DNA of 63,481 nt, filler included, from Globobulimina sp. (Eukaryota), in assembly GCA_003354225.1 (NCBI GenBank). It is 36 parts of 36 records of this genome, joined end to end, with 100 filler letters (N's around TTAATTAATTAA, not from the genome) between each part and the next. Parts side by side here need not be neighbours in the genome. Positions count along the whole stretch, not along the records: positions 47,698 to 49,362 come from PIVH01013413.1; positions 49,463 to 51,127 come from PIVH01013414.1; positions 51,228 to 52,892 come from PIVH01013415.1; positions 52,993 to 54,657 come from PIVH01013416.1; positions 54,758 to 56,422 come from PIVH01013417.1; positions 56,523 to 58,187 come from PIVH01013418.1; positions 58,288 to 59,952 come from PIVH01013419.1; 29 more parts are not named here. One strand, 5' to 3'. The translations under genes were made by a program, and so were the position numbers. Below, piece by piece: positions 47,852 to 59,417 of this stretch. Under the pieces are notes generated by a model. The model worked only from the letters and a program-made list of their open reading frames with translations, searched no databases and was not told the origin of the DNA. Numbering within the stretch: the stretch's first letter is position 1; each line of letters begins with the position of its first letter.

Positions 47852-47957
47852 ATCAATTCAATGGGTTTAGGGTCGGCTCAAAAATTAATTCACATTCTGT
47901 TTGCAAAATATCCAGTGTTTTAAGGGTTTTTGTAAACAGACTATGTGAAGTTATTTT

Positions 47958-49362
47958 TTAACGATCCCTTATTAAAAAATAGAGTGTAAATTTGTTGAGG
48001 TCTTTGAGATCTGGAATGAGGCAAAGTTTTTTGCATTTATTTAATCGTGTCATTATGAGAAAACCATTAAATCGATAGGCCTTGTATAATTGTAAAACTT
48101 GTTTGTCTTTCGATATGTTGTTGTATTCGGATACATCTTGTTCGTTAATTAAAATAGTTTGATTTTTTTGAGGGCTCTTGGTGATTTCAATTTTATGAGG
48201 ATCAATCATCACCATCCATCCCTTGCTTTCCAGTTTCATCAGGGAAGACTTAGATTGGGTAACCGATTTTTGAATATTATGATTTAGTTCCGATTCCCAG
48301 CCAAATTCAAAAAAAATGGGATTTTGAGTCAATTTTATTATGCGATTCATGAATTCAAATTTTGGATTATTTTCTAAGATCTTTTCATATATATTCGCTT
48401 GCCCATTTTCATCTTTGTTACTGGGCTTTAACGGTAATCCATGTGCCTGCAAACTAAAATTTGTAAGCCATTCAAATTCCATTTCATAATTTGCCTTAAT
48501 CCTGTTTTTTAGTACAACCAATAGGAATTGTGCCATTTTGCTTGTCAGGGAGATTTGATAGCATGCCTTATCTCCTGATAGCATACTTTTTACAAATAAA
48601 TGTTCCAAAAAAGAGCGATGAGAAAATTTGATTTCACCCTGCTTTGATTTATAGATAATAGATGAATCGTCGCTATTTAATTCAAAAAATTCAATTCCAC
48701 CCCAGGAAGGAATGGTTTTTAGGAGTTCTTCCCTGTCAATGGATTCCTTCCCCCTGGTATTTCTCTTTGTAAATAGATCAACAGCTAGTTTTTGTGAAAA
48801 GATTTCAAGTTTTGATTTGTCCGGCCATTGTTTTTCATTGCTGATCCAATTTTGAATAATGAGATCATATAAATCAGTCATTGAGTTTAAATGAACATTT
48901 CCAGCAATTAATTCTCGATAATGCCTAACAAATAGAGGGCTGTTTAGCAATTTAGGATTGGATTTAATCAACTGAAATACTTTTTTCTTTTGAGAAAATT
49001 CAAATAGTGAAAAATATAAATTTAATAGTTCTTTGACATCAATCTGATTCAGTTTTGAAAGGTAACATTTTTTATATTTGATGGGATTCTTTTGAGCGGT
49101 TACATCAGTTGCTATGTAGGATGCCTGACAAGTAATTAAAACCCGTTTATAATTCTTAGAGAGCGCCAATATATGTTGTAACCGTGCTGAATGGTTATCT
49201 ATATTATTGATTTGCTCATCAAGTCCGTCTAAGAAAAGAACATGGTTTTTATCTGAATATGTTTCTATACGTTGATCAACATCTTTTGAATTCATGGGAA
49301 TGAATACGATATTATGTTGTTCCTTTTTGGGACGCTGCAAGTTATATACAAAATAATTTATC
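47958..49362 (-). CDS. Bacterial-type NACHT/STAND NTPase, 5'-partial (Walker A not in contig)
   Basis: Walker B VLFLDGLDE, sensor-1 region VLITCQ, SPL and winged-helix FSHRSFLEH. Intronless and next to tadA. Confidence 0.75.
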
Positions 49363-49832
49363 NNNNNNNNNNNNNNNNNNNNNNNNNNNNNNNNNNNNNN
49401 NNNNNNTTAATTAATTAANNNNNNNNNNNNNNNNNNNNNNNNNNNNNNNNNNNNNNNNNNNNTGACGAATTTTAAAATTTTCTTTTTTTTTTGATTCTAT
49501 TTTTTTATTTTTCTGCTCTTTCTGTTGTTGATTATTTGTTGTTGTACGTTATTCATTTATCAATCTATCCAATTTCAGTTTCTTTCTTCTACAACAGTAC
49601 AACCGGTGCAGTGACATTCTAAACATGATTTACTATGATTATCGATGAGAATGTGAATATCACACTATTGGGTGCATGATATGAATCGTTTGTTATTACA
49701 GCTGTAAATAATAATGGTTTTTATAAACGTGTTAAGCAGCTGCAGTCCAGAAAAATCTCAATTTAATTTAACTCTTGACTGCCACTACCAATTGCACGCA
49801 ACCTTAGAACATTCCAATTACACGCAACGCAA

Positions 49833-51096
49833 ATGAAATTCCTATCATTAATCGCATTTGTATCTGTATTAAAAATGAGTGAGGTTGAAAGCGCAGCAGT
49901 AGCAGTAGCAGTGCCATTGCTTGGTCAAGCAATTAAAGCCGGGACTACTGTACTCACAAAACAAATGGAGATAGACGCAGTATATCAATTGCAAAAAATG
50001 CAAAACCAAATTGATGACCAATTAAATTTAATGAAAAATAAAGTTGGAGCGAGTCACATCCAAACATTAGTATCAATTGAGAATAAATCTGGTTACAGAT
50101 TAGAATTAGTGAAATCAGTGTGTGTGGAACATGGACAATTTGCGCATTGGTGTCCTCAAAGAACAATTGATCCGGGACAAGCATCAATATTTACCACCCA
50201 AAATGCAATGGGTACGACGACAACAATGACGTTAAGTCATGTAGGATCTGTTATTTATCGTGTAATTGACCTCAAGACATTTGAAAAAAAGTGTATGTTC
50301 TCTATACTTTACTAATGTACAATATTAATTTTGACATTTTTGTGAACAACCAGTTGACATTGAGTTTACATGGGTAGCGAAAATACCACGAAAAGCGGCA
50401 GCGTACCTTGGCACAGCTGGGGAATACCGCATCAGAGCAGAAGTTTTGCCCGGAGATAACGATGATAAGTATGATATATGTAAGTATGATAAATATAAAT
50501 ATGATGCTGTGGCATTAGATGGATATTCGTTGCTATGTTATCCTGCTGAACATGGATGTTGCACCAACAGAGAATGGTATCAAGATTTTGATGAAGGCAC
50601 AAGGAAACGATTTGTTGTATCTGGTTGTCATGGACAAGGTAAACAGCCAAGATTCAATTTCGAATTTGTTTCTGAAACAATTGAGCCAGTCGCAGCAGCA
50701 GCAGCAGGTCAAGGAAGAAGACTGCAGTTGCCAGATGGATGGGTAGCAGATGGAGCAGCCGGTGGAGCAGCCGGTGCAGCAGGAGCAGCAGGTGAATCAA
50801 GCAGCAGCAGGTGGAGCATGGCAAAACTGAACAGATTTCTAGAAGACTTACCAGATCAAGCAGGTGAAACTGGTGAATCAAGCAGTTCGTACAGATTGGG
50901 AGCGGCCGGCGGAGCAGCAGGTGATCATGAATCAATCAGATGGATCCCATTCCCGGTGGAGAATATGAACAGATTGATACAAATGGGATTTGACTCAGAA
51001 CAGGCAGAGGAGGCATTGTATGCAAATGAAGGTGATGTTGGAGCAGCAGCAGATTATTTATTGGAGCAGCATGAGAAATTCATGAGAGATTCATGA
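49833..51096 (+). CDS. Secreted protein: actinoporin/aegerolysin-like beta-sandwich, Gly/Ala linker and C-terminal UBA domain; 1 intron
   Basis: Signal peptide. VSIENKSGY.L...G....P..I.PG...VGSVIY. Intron 50293-50353 joins the ORFs in frame. UBA sequence LIQMGFDSEQAEEALYANEGDVGAAADYLL. Confidence 0.65.
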
Positions 51097-51227
51097 GAGA
51101 TTTGAGAAATTTGAATCTGGTATGAATNNNNNNNNNNNNNNNNNNNNNNNNNNNNNNNNNNNNNNNNNNNNTTAATTAATTAANNNNNNNNNNNNNNNNN
51201 NNNNNNNNNNNNNNNNNNNNNNNNNNN

Positions 51228-52272
51228 GTCCATTGTTTCAATGACTAATTCCATTTTAAATGATGATTATACGCGAATGCAAGAAGATAAATGGAAGAAA
51301 CATAAACAACGTTTGCCGCCAACCTTTGCCTGTTTTAAACACGCATTGGTACGCTTTGCAGAGGTTACATATCGGATTGGTTTGTTAGCATTGCTGTGGA
51401 CTGTCTGCGAAGGATTGACATTCGGTATAATATTAGCTATAGAATTATTGCTTATTGCTGTCAGAACCATATTGCTATTTTATGGTGAAATATGGGATTC
51501 AAATATAATATTATTGAATCTTAATACGTTGATAGTTATTCCATCCGATTATATGTATGGTGAAGAAACATTGCCATGGCATGAATACTTAGGATGTGAT
51601 GATCTTTCAGATGGTGAATATTACAGTTTTTTAGTGACTATTTGTTGCAATTGTTGTTTTTGTTGGGGTTTATTAGCATTATTATCCTCACTCTCTGCTT
51701 ATATCTGTTTTCCATATATGGAGGATGCTGATGTTGAAGATATCAAAATTAATTTCATCCCACTAACGAGAATATGTGTATCTTTCACTGAGTTTACATT
51801 TTTGATTTTGTGGGCATTTTTTGGTGGCAATGGAGAAAGAAAAGAGTTTTTGTTGTCTGCAGATTATGGATTGGCAATATTTATAACGACATGTGTATGT
51901 TTTTTGATATATACGCAATATTTGGTGTTATTTCCTGATTTCTCATTGCCACTCAATGTGAATGTACGGAGTAAATATGGCTATGCTTTTTCAAATGAAA
52001 TAACTGAATTGGAAAAAGTTAAAATACCTTTGAAGAAAATGCCATATAATAAAAGAATTGATTATGACAATTGGGAGGTGGAAGATGCGGCAACTTTTTG
52101 GGATGAACCTGTTAAATTTCACAAGAAAGACAAAACAAAACCAATAACGGCGGCTGCATTTGCATTAGCAAAGGGAAATTATGATATTGTTGAATGGTTA
52201 GAGGAACAGGGAGCTGTTCTTCATAAAGATGTTACCACAGCAATTGCAAAAAAAATGTTGAAAATGAACTGA
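51228..52272 (+). CDS. Multi-pass membrane protein with a C-terminal ankyrin-like repeat, 5'-partial
   Basis: About 6 TM helices, then ALAKGNYDIVEWLEEQGA. Confidence 0.65.
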
Positions 52273-52436
52273 ATTAAGCTATGCAATGTTATCTCGTATT
52301 TAACTATATGATATTTTTTCCATTACCAAATTGGATTGTTCTTCTATATAAATTATATTTTTGCTATACTTTTTTTGTTGTTGTATAACGGAAGCTTTGT
52401 ATGTTCGAGTTTTTTTTGAATTACATTTGTCAAACG

Positions 52437-52892
52437 ATGGGAAACTCACCAAAACGAACAGCTGCGCATGCAAGTAATTCCCGATTTTGTGACGAAAGTT
52501 TATACAAAGTGGTTCTCAAAGGACATTTCTCCAAAATATTTGGCATCGATATATACCATTTGGAAGAATCAAATACTATTCTTATTGTTTGTTAATTTGT
52601 ATATGTATTATTTAATGAACTTCCTTTTATATAATATGTACTAAAGGCATCAGTCAGTAAAGATGGTAACATCCTAATATACAGCTTTAAAGATCAGGAA
52701 ATAAACACTCTTTCAGCAAAGAAAAAATCCAAAACAGTAACAAAATCAAAGAAATATCGCATCCCATTAAGATCATCTTATGTCATGACAACATCACTTA
52801 CAAATTGCAAAGCATTAAATTCCACATTGGTTGCAAACGGCGGGTTGGATAATTTATGCATTATTCATAAGCTGGATTTACAGAACAGCACA
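52437..52892 (+). CDS. Divergent G-protein beta subunit-like WD40 protein, 3'-partial, 1 intron
   Basis: LKGHFSKI, ASVSKDGNILI, IPLRSSYVMT and VANGGLDNLC match G-beta blades 1-2. Intron 52587-52646. Confidence 0.8.
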
Positions 52893-53435
52893 NNNNNNNN
52901 NNNNNNNNNNNNNNNNNNNNNNNNNNNNNNNNNNNNTTAATTAATTAANNNNNNNNNNNNNNNNNNNNNNNNNNNNNNNNNNNNNNNNNNNNTGTAGGCG
53001 CCGTATTTGGAGTATTTAAGGTCGAATTTGTTATCTTTTGTATGGGAGAAGCCTTGGAAGAAGGAATAATATGTACGGTTTGACGCGTTCTTGGCATCAA
53101 TGTAGAAAAAATCACCGGCTATTAATATGGTGGAGGTTGAGTTTGACTATTACACTGATCTTGCGACTGAATAATTTGGTGATATTTTAGATGGATTTGC
53201 TAAATTAAGTTTAAATGGTTCTGCGATTATTGCTTCTAATTCTCCAATACAATGATTGGTTATGTTGTTAATATTACTTTTGTTAACTGAGTTACTTTGT
53301 ATTTGTAGTCCATTAAGGCATAAAAAAAAATACGCTAAAATAATAATCAAACTCGCAAACATTGTTTGATGTTTTTTTTGATTGTAGTTGAGAGTTTTTT
53401 TTGAATGGGAGTATTACAGTAATCATTAAGTTACT

Positions 53436-54657
53436 ATGTTGCACCATGGCAGGGCATCGATAAAAGTAAATTATTGTCGGAAATTTCAAAAAAAAACACA
53501 CACAAAAACGAGTTATCTATGTCTGACTGTATTGCATCGGTATTTGATCGCAAATAAAAGTACGATACATGATGGATGTCATCGATGTGGTAAAATTGGA
53601 CATTTTGCCAGAGATTGTAATGAACAAAGAAATAACAATACTTATAAGAAATACAGCGGATATCCATCCATATCATCCGGTAAAAAATACGGTAAAATTG
53701 ATGCGCAGATTGCAGAGTCAACGGCAAAATCATACACTTCATACTATGATTCAAAATCAACCAAACCTGATGGATACGAAAATAAATTAATAAAATCCAT
53801 CCAATCCAATGAATATAACAGCACCATCAAGATATTTCATATTATGATGCAGCAACATATTAAACTCAACAATAAATCCATATTTTGCTCCATTTTACAA
53901 GCCTTCAAATTATCTTCCAATAAGCAGCAGTTTCATATTTTAGAATTAGTTGATTTTATGAAATATAACGACATTGAATTGGATGCAAATCGGTTTGCAG
54001 AGATATTGGGGATTTGTGTGCATAAAAATGATGAATATTCCGCCAAACAAATCGCTTTGTTATGGTTTGAAAGCATGCCAAATTTCCCAATCTTACCATT
54101 GATTCACTGTCTATCCTCACAAACAAATAAAACCAAACAACACAAAGGTCATAAAATATGGCAATCCATAATCAATGAACTGACAAACTTATCTGCTTCA
54201 AATAATATCACTGACATTATAGATACGGACATACGGACAGATTCGACTGATAATAAACCAATATCAGCAACGGATTATATCACACAGCAATTGGCACAAA
54301 TTCAGGTAAATCTGACTGCACAAAACCATCAATTGGCCATCCAACATTTGCATGAATTGCACTCATTCTATCACGATAACATTATGCATCATAATGAGGA
54401 CACATTATACATTTACCAATGGTTATTACGGCAGGAATTAATGAATGGCGATGTACATACCATTGAAAGCAATGATACGTTGCAGAAATTGTATGATTTG
54501 GGTTTTCGAGACATACAGCAATTATATGATTATATGAGCGATGATATCTATGCATTAGAGAGAAGATTGGCATTTATGATTAAATTCATAGCCTACAACA
54601 CAGATATTGGCATCATTAAAGCTGACATAATAAACCATCATAAATGGATAAATAATA
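53436..54657 (+). CDS. CCHC zinc-knuckle plus helical-repeat (PPR-like) protein, possibly mitochondrial, 3'-partial
   Basis: CHRCGKIGHFARDC, a basic N-terminal leader and PPR-like helices. Confidence 0.6.
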
Positions 54658-54757
54658 NNNNNNNNNNNNNNNNNNNNNNNNNNNNNNNNNNNNNNNNNNN
54701 NTTAATTAATTAANNNNNNNNNNNNNNNNNNNNNNNNNNNNNNNNNNNNNNNNNNNN

Positions 54758-55309
54758 ACATCTGTTCGTCGAGGAAATATATTCCGTTTCTGTAAATATT
54801 ATAATAAATGTTGTAATTAATATGCATTGTGCTACTAGCATATAAGGGGCTTTTTTCACTATTTTCGTTGAGTATTTACCCATTGATTCCATTACCATTT
54901 GGCCTCGAATTATGTATAATGCCCAGGTAAAATTCTTTGCGATATTACGAAATGTGATGGCAATAATTGGCCCATATACACACATTGTATTAATATTAAC
55001 TGCATATTTGGCAATCAAAGAAAAAGAATCTAGTGACAATAAAAAAAATGTGGATGATATAATTGATGAGATCATTGATAGTAATACCATTAAATATGCA
55101 TGAGGTAATTTACTACATTTTACTGGTCGTAAAATCAATTCAATAATAAAAAAAATTAATAATAAGATATTCAACGCCCATATTAGAAAAGTAAAATGAT
55201 GTACAATGTTAATATGATATGCTATCGCTTCTTGAAACGAATGTAAAATGCAAAACATGACAGAAAAACCAACCAATCTGTTCAAGCAAACGATGGCATG
55301 GAGAAACAA
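54758..55309 (-). CDS. Multi-pass membrane protein (7TM-like) N-terminal part
   Basis: Four or more hydrophobic helices. Frame open to the contig end. Confidence 0.5.
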
Positions 55310-55504
55310 AAGTTAATATTTACAGTACGTTTTTTAAATTATTTATGCCTATCTATCAAGTATCAATGGAATATTCAAATTATTATTTGCAACGTGATTA
55401 CATGGTATCCATCGTTCCTATTTCTGTCATTATAAATCTGTTGTCAGCTACATTTTATTCTAATTTTGCAGCCCTATCCTAATTTTGTGCATTTCCTATA
55501 AAAA

Positions 55505-56239
55505 ATGTTTAGAAAATTATTTGGAATAAAAGAGGACAGTAATACTGCTCAGACAGCTCAGTCATCAACACCAGAATGTACAGATTTAAATGAATCAATT
55601 GCCGCTTTAAGATCAGCTCTTAAAACATTAGAAAAAAGGGAAGAGAATTTAGATAAAAAGATTGCAGCTTTAAGATTCGCAGCAAAAACAAAACAACAAA
55701 AAGGTGATAAAAAGGGAGCATTGTTTGAATTGAAAAAGAAGAAACAGTTAGAAGCACAATTACAATCCATCCAAGGTAAAAAAATGAACATTGAGACGCA
55801 GATAATGGCGGTGGAAGACGCTCATCTTAATGCTCGAACATTATCCGCAATGAAAACGTCAGCAAAAGTTTTAAAAACAACAATAAAAGAAAACGACATC
55901 GATAAAGCCGATGAAACCATGGAAGAGCTAAATGAAACTATGGAGCAAGTTCATGAAATGAATGAGGCAATGTCTAATCCTTTGGGTAATTGCGGCATTG
56001 ATGAGGATGAATTAGAAAATGAACTCGCGTTATTGGACCAATTAGAAAGCGACGAATTATTGAATATTTCCGATGATACTAAGAACCAATCAAAAGTGAA
56101 TGAAATTGTTCGTAAAGATGATAAAGATATGTATAAATTAAATGATTTACCAGATGTACCAACGAATAACTTGCATGAGAAAGAAAAACAGGAAGACGAA
56201 GATCAAGAATTGGCTGAATTGGAAGCAATGTTTAATTAG
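55505..56239 (+). CDS. SNF7: ESCRT-III subunit Snf7/Vps32/CHMP4
   Basis: MFRKLFG amphipathic start, KKGALFELKKKK, NIETQI, IDEDELENEL and C-terminal ELAELEAMF. Confidence 0.92.
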   Translation: MFRKLFGIKEDSNTAQTAQSSTPECTDLNESIAALRSALKTLEKREENLDKKIAALRFAAKTKQQKGDKKGALFELKKKKQLEAQLQSIQGKKMNIETQIMAVEDAHLNARTLSAMKTSAKVLKTTIKENDIDKADETMEELNETMEQVHEMNEAMSNPLGNCGIDEDELENELALLDQLESDELLNISDDTKNQSKVNEIVRKDDKDMYKLNDLPDVPTNNLHEKEKQEDEDQELAELEAMFN

Positions 56240-56522
56240 AGATTTTATTTTGATATTGTTCCATTCAACATCGCGTGCAATTTTCTGTTTGTTTTTTATT
56301 TGGAATGCATTTTTTATTTTGTTTCAACGATATTCCACTTATAACTTTGTTGGTTTTGGAGCGGCCTACACAAGTTAATTAGTCACTACTCAACTAGTCA
56401 ATACATAGTTATGTACTTTTTANNNNNNNNNNNNNNNNNNNNNNNNNNNNNNNNNNNNNNNNNNNNTTAATTAATTAANNNNNNNNNNNNNNNNNNNNNN
56501 NNNNNNNNNNNNNNNNNNNNNN

Positions 56523-56676
56523 TTTTATCAGGGTGATAATATTCATAAACACCATACTGTTCTTCAATTTCCTGGCGGGTGCTGGTGATTACGATATCTG
56601 CAACGCCTAGGGTTTCTTCTTCGGCTTCAATCCGTCGCGATATGTTATAGCGCTTTTCGATTTCACTGAGTTTCAA
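56523..56676 (-). CDS. Bacterial-type sucrose-phosphate synthase (GT4), internal fragment
   Basis: IEKRYNISRRIEAEEETLGVADIVITSTRQEIEEQY is a conserved SPS block. Confidence 0.8.
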
Positions 56677-57273
56677 ACGAATTTGGTACCGTTTCCGAGA
56701 TTACATTTTATGATTTCGTCAATGGCACCGATTGCTACAACGTTAAAATTAGAGACAATGAATGTTTCTGATACTAATTCGCTGGCTGACAGATGTTTTG
56801 ATTATAATAATTTCTTTGTAAAGATTGCAGATTTTGATGCGGAATGTGATAAATATATGGCAATATCTACAAATTTCTATAATGTGGGCGGCAAAGAAGC
56901 AAATGAAAGCGTGCAGTGGTTGAAAAGGAATGGGAAGGTGTCATTTGTTGAGTGGTGTCCAACCGGATTTAAAATTGGATCAAGATACCAGCCAATGCCC
57001 GTGATGGAGGATGATATTGTTGCATTTTCAAAGAAAAATGTATTTATGATTGGGAATAATACTGCGATATCCAGGGTTTTTAGTGAACGTATATCTGAGA
57101 AATGTGATTTAATGTATTCACAGAGAGCATTTGTTCATTGGTATGTTGCTGAAGGAATGGAAGAAGGGGAATTTGCGGAAGCAAGAGAAGATTTAGGCTT
57201 TCTAGAAAAGGATTATTTGGATGTATTAAGTGAACGAGCTACGGATGAGGATGACACAGACTCTGATGACTGA
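56668..57273 (+). CDS. Divergent alpha-tubulin (Retaria type-2-like), C-terminal half
   Basis: EFQTNLVPFPRLHF, FVEWCPTGFK and MYSQRAFVHWYV.EGMEEGEF.EAREDL. Divergent DKYMAIS, KEAN..VQWLK and LGFLEKDYLDV. Confidence 0.92.
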   Translation, partial: EFQTNLVPFPRLHFMISSMAPIATTLKLETMNVSDTNSLADRCFDYNNFFVKIADFDAECDKYMAISTNFYNVGGKEANESVQWLKRNGKVSFVEWCPTGFKIGSRYQPMPVMEDDIVAFSKKNVFMIGNNTAISRVFSERISEKCDLMYSQRAFVHWYVAEGMEEGEFAEAREDLGFLEKDYLDVLSERATDEDDTDSDD

Positions 57274-57383
57274 ATATTAATTATTCATTCATGTATTTCC
57301 CGTGAGACTTTTATTGTAATAAATTCGTGTTTTATTAATATCGATATCAAAGCAAAGATCAACACACAAAAAAAATAACATAC

Positions 57384-57456
57384 GGGGAACTAGCTCAATC
57401 GGAAGAGTGCAACGTTCGCAACGTTGAGGCACCGGGATCGAAACCCGGGTTCTCCA
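57384..57456 (+). tRNA. tRNA-Ala (anticodon CGC), eukaryotic type
   Basis: Cloverleaf: acceptor GGGGAAC/GTTCTCC with G3:U70, anticodon arm CAACG-TTCGCAA-CGTTG, T arm CCGGG-ATCGAAA-CCCGG (A54). No encoded CCA. Confidence 0.95.
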
Positions 57457-57669
57457 TTATGTTTCAATTTGGGTACACCAAGTTGGATATTGCTTTTTTA
57501 TTTGATAGGCAAAACTTGGTGTATTCAAATTTGTGTTATGCATGAAAAACACATATTTTTGATTGATTGGGTGCCAAAATAATAATATACTATTATGAGA
57601 CATTGAATATAATATGATGACAAAAACTAGTAACCAGTAACACCCTCTTTCAATTGTTGCATTTGGATA

Positions 57670-58187
57670 ATGGCTGAACCATATCGAGTAAACAGACAGC
57701 AAATCAGCGATGATGAAGATGAAGATGATGATGATAAAAAGAAATACGCACCAAACTATGATGCATTTTTAAGAAAAACAAAACCAAAATTAAAACAACG
57801 AATAACGAAGCATCTAACGATCAGAGAAAAAGAGATCCATATTTGTGCCAAAAAAGTTATTTTTGTTTTTGTGTTATGTGTGTTGTGTATCTTCTGTGCA
57901 AAAACAATCGATTCTTTTTCGACTGAATTTAGACAAAAATGTATATGGCAGAATTATTAGAAAAATTAGGAATCATTACATATGCATTTATCAATGGAAC
58001 ACGGGAGTATGACGAATCAATGATTGCTGGCATTACTCCAGAAATTAATAAATTTATTGATGAATGGAATGGACCCAAAATAGGCAAAAAATATAAAGCA
58101 AAATTCAATGATCCAAATGTTGAAATTAAAGCAGATGAATTATTTTCACATATGAAGAAATTTTATGGTAATTCAAGGAATTGGTTT
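57670..58187 (+). CDS. Hypothetical protein, 3'-partial, 1 intron
   Basis: Intron 57856-57932 joins ORFs 57670 and 57939 in frame. Confidence 0.6.
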
Positions 58188-58301
58188 NNNNNNNNNNNNN
58201 NNNNNNNNNNNNNNNNNNNNNNNNNNNNNNNTTAATTAATTAANNNNNNNNNNNNNNNNNNNNNNNNNNNNNNNNNNNNNNNNNNNNATTTGTATTACAC
58301 A

Positions 58302-58725
58302 ATAGAAAGTCATATGCATATGTATGTATATTATCCATATACATGTGTTCCACATATAGCTGCAGCGAACAAGTTAACTGTCCTACATGCTAGAAAGCCA
58401 TATGCATATGTCTATTATCTATGTACATATGTGTTCCATTAAATATTTCCACTTGGAATAAGCAAACATGTATATACTAACGCTTTTAACATGGCTACAG
58501 TAAGCAGGTTATCTGTGTTACATAATAGAAAGTTATATGGATATGTCTATTATCTATGTATGTACATATTCCATTAAATAATTCCCATATTTGTCTCCTG
58601 GAATAACAAACTTGTATTACACATAACATAGCTTGCAGTAAACAAGCTAGCTGTACTCTACATAATAGAAAGTCATGCACATATATATGTCTATTATCTA
58701 TGTACATATGTGTTCCATTAAATAA
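58302..58725. repeat. Degenerate tandem repeat (about 90-140-bp spacing, about 4 copies)
   Basis: Core TAGAAAG.CATATG.ATATGTCTATTATCTATGTACATATGTGTTCCATTAAATA near 58302, 58391, 58526 and 58666. Confidence 0.85.
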
Positions 58726-59417
58726 CCCAAATTGGAGTGCTTTTGTCCCTGTTCCAGATTAACATTTGATCATTATTATTATTTGCATTTTAAAACCTCT
58801 GGATTATAAACATAGTTTGTATATAGTATCACATTTAACATGGTCCCGCTAGTGTAGTGGGATTGTCGCAGTATACGCACATTAGGTGTACTACGTAATA
58901 GAAAACCATAGTCACAACTCTATTACCCATATTTAATAATTGCCATATTTAATAATGCGCGCGTAGTTGCCATATTTAATAATTGATATATTTCTCCCTA
59001 ACCCAGCATGAAGTGTTTTTGCCCCTATTGCAAATTAGCTTTTGAGAAACATGATTTTCTTCAACATCTGAAAGAAATCCACCAGACAAAGAGGTGCGGA
59101 AGGTGTGGATTGTCAATTGTCAACTTGCAATAATATAAATGTTTTGAAGAGTTATGTAAAAGCCTTATCAATGTTATCACTCGTTAGTCAGATAGTAGAT
59201 TAAGTTTGACTTTTAGAAAGACCGTCAGAGACAAATCATAAAAAAATGCAGTGCAAATCAGGTCAATCCGAGAAGTAGTTAATCTGTAAAAGCCTTATCA
59301 GTGTTATCAGATGACTATCAACAAAGCAAATGGGAACTTTTGTCACTAGTAGTGCTACAATTGATTGGTATACTTTTAAAGAAATAATAACATCTTTCAT
59401 TATAACAAATAAAATAA

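Noticed and set aside
52993-53362. Possible decayed APE endonuclease of a LINE (LNGL..., ILIAGDF)
   Set aside because: Only two weak motifs in different frames, which is insufficient support.
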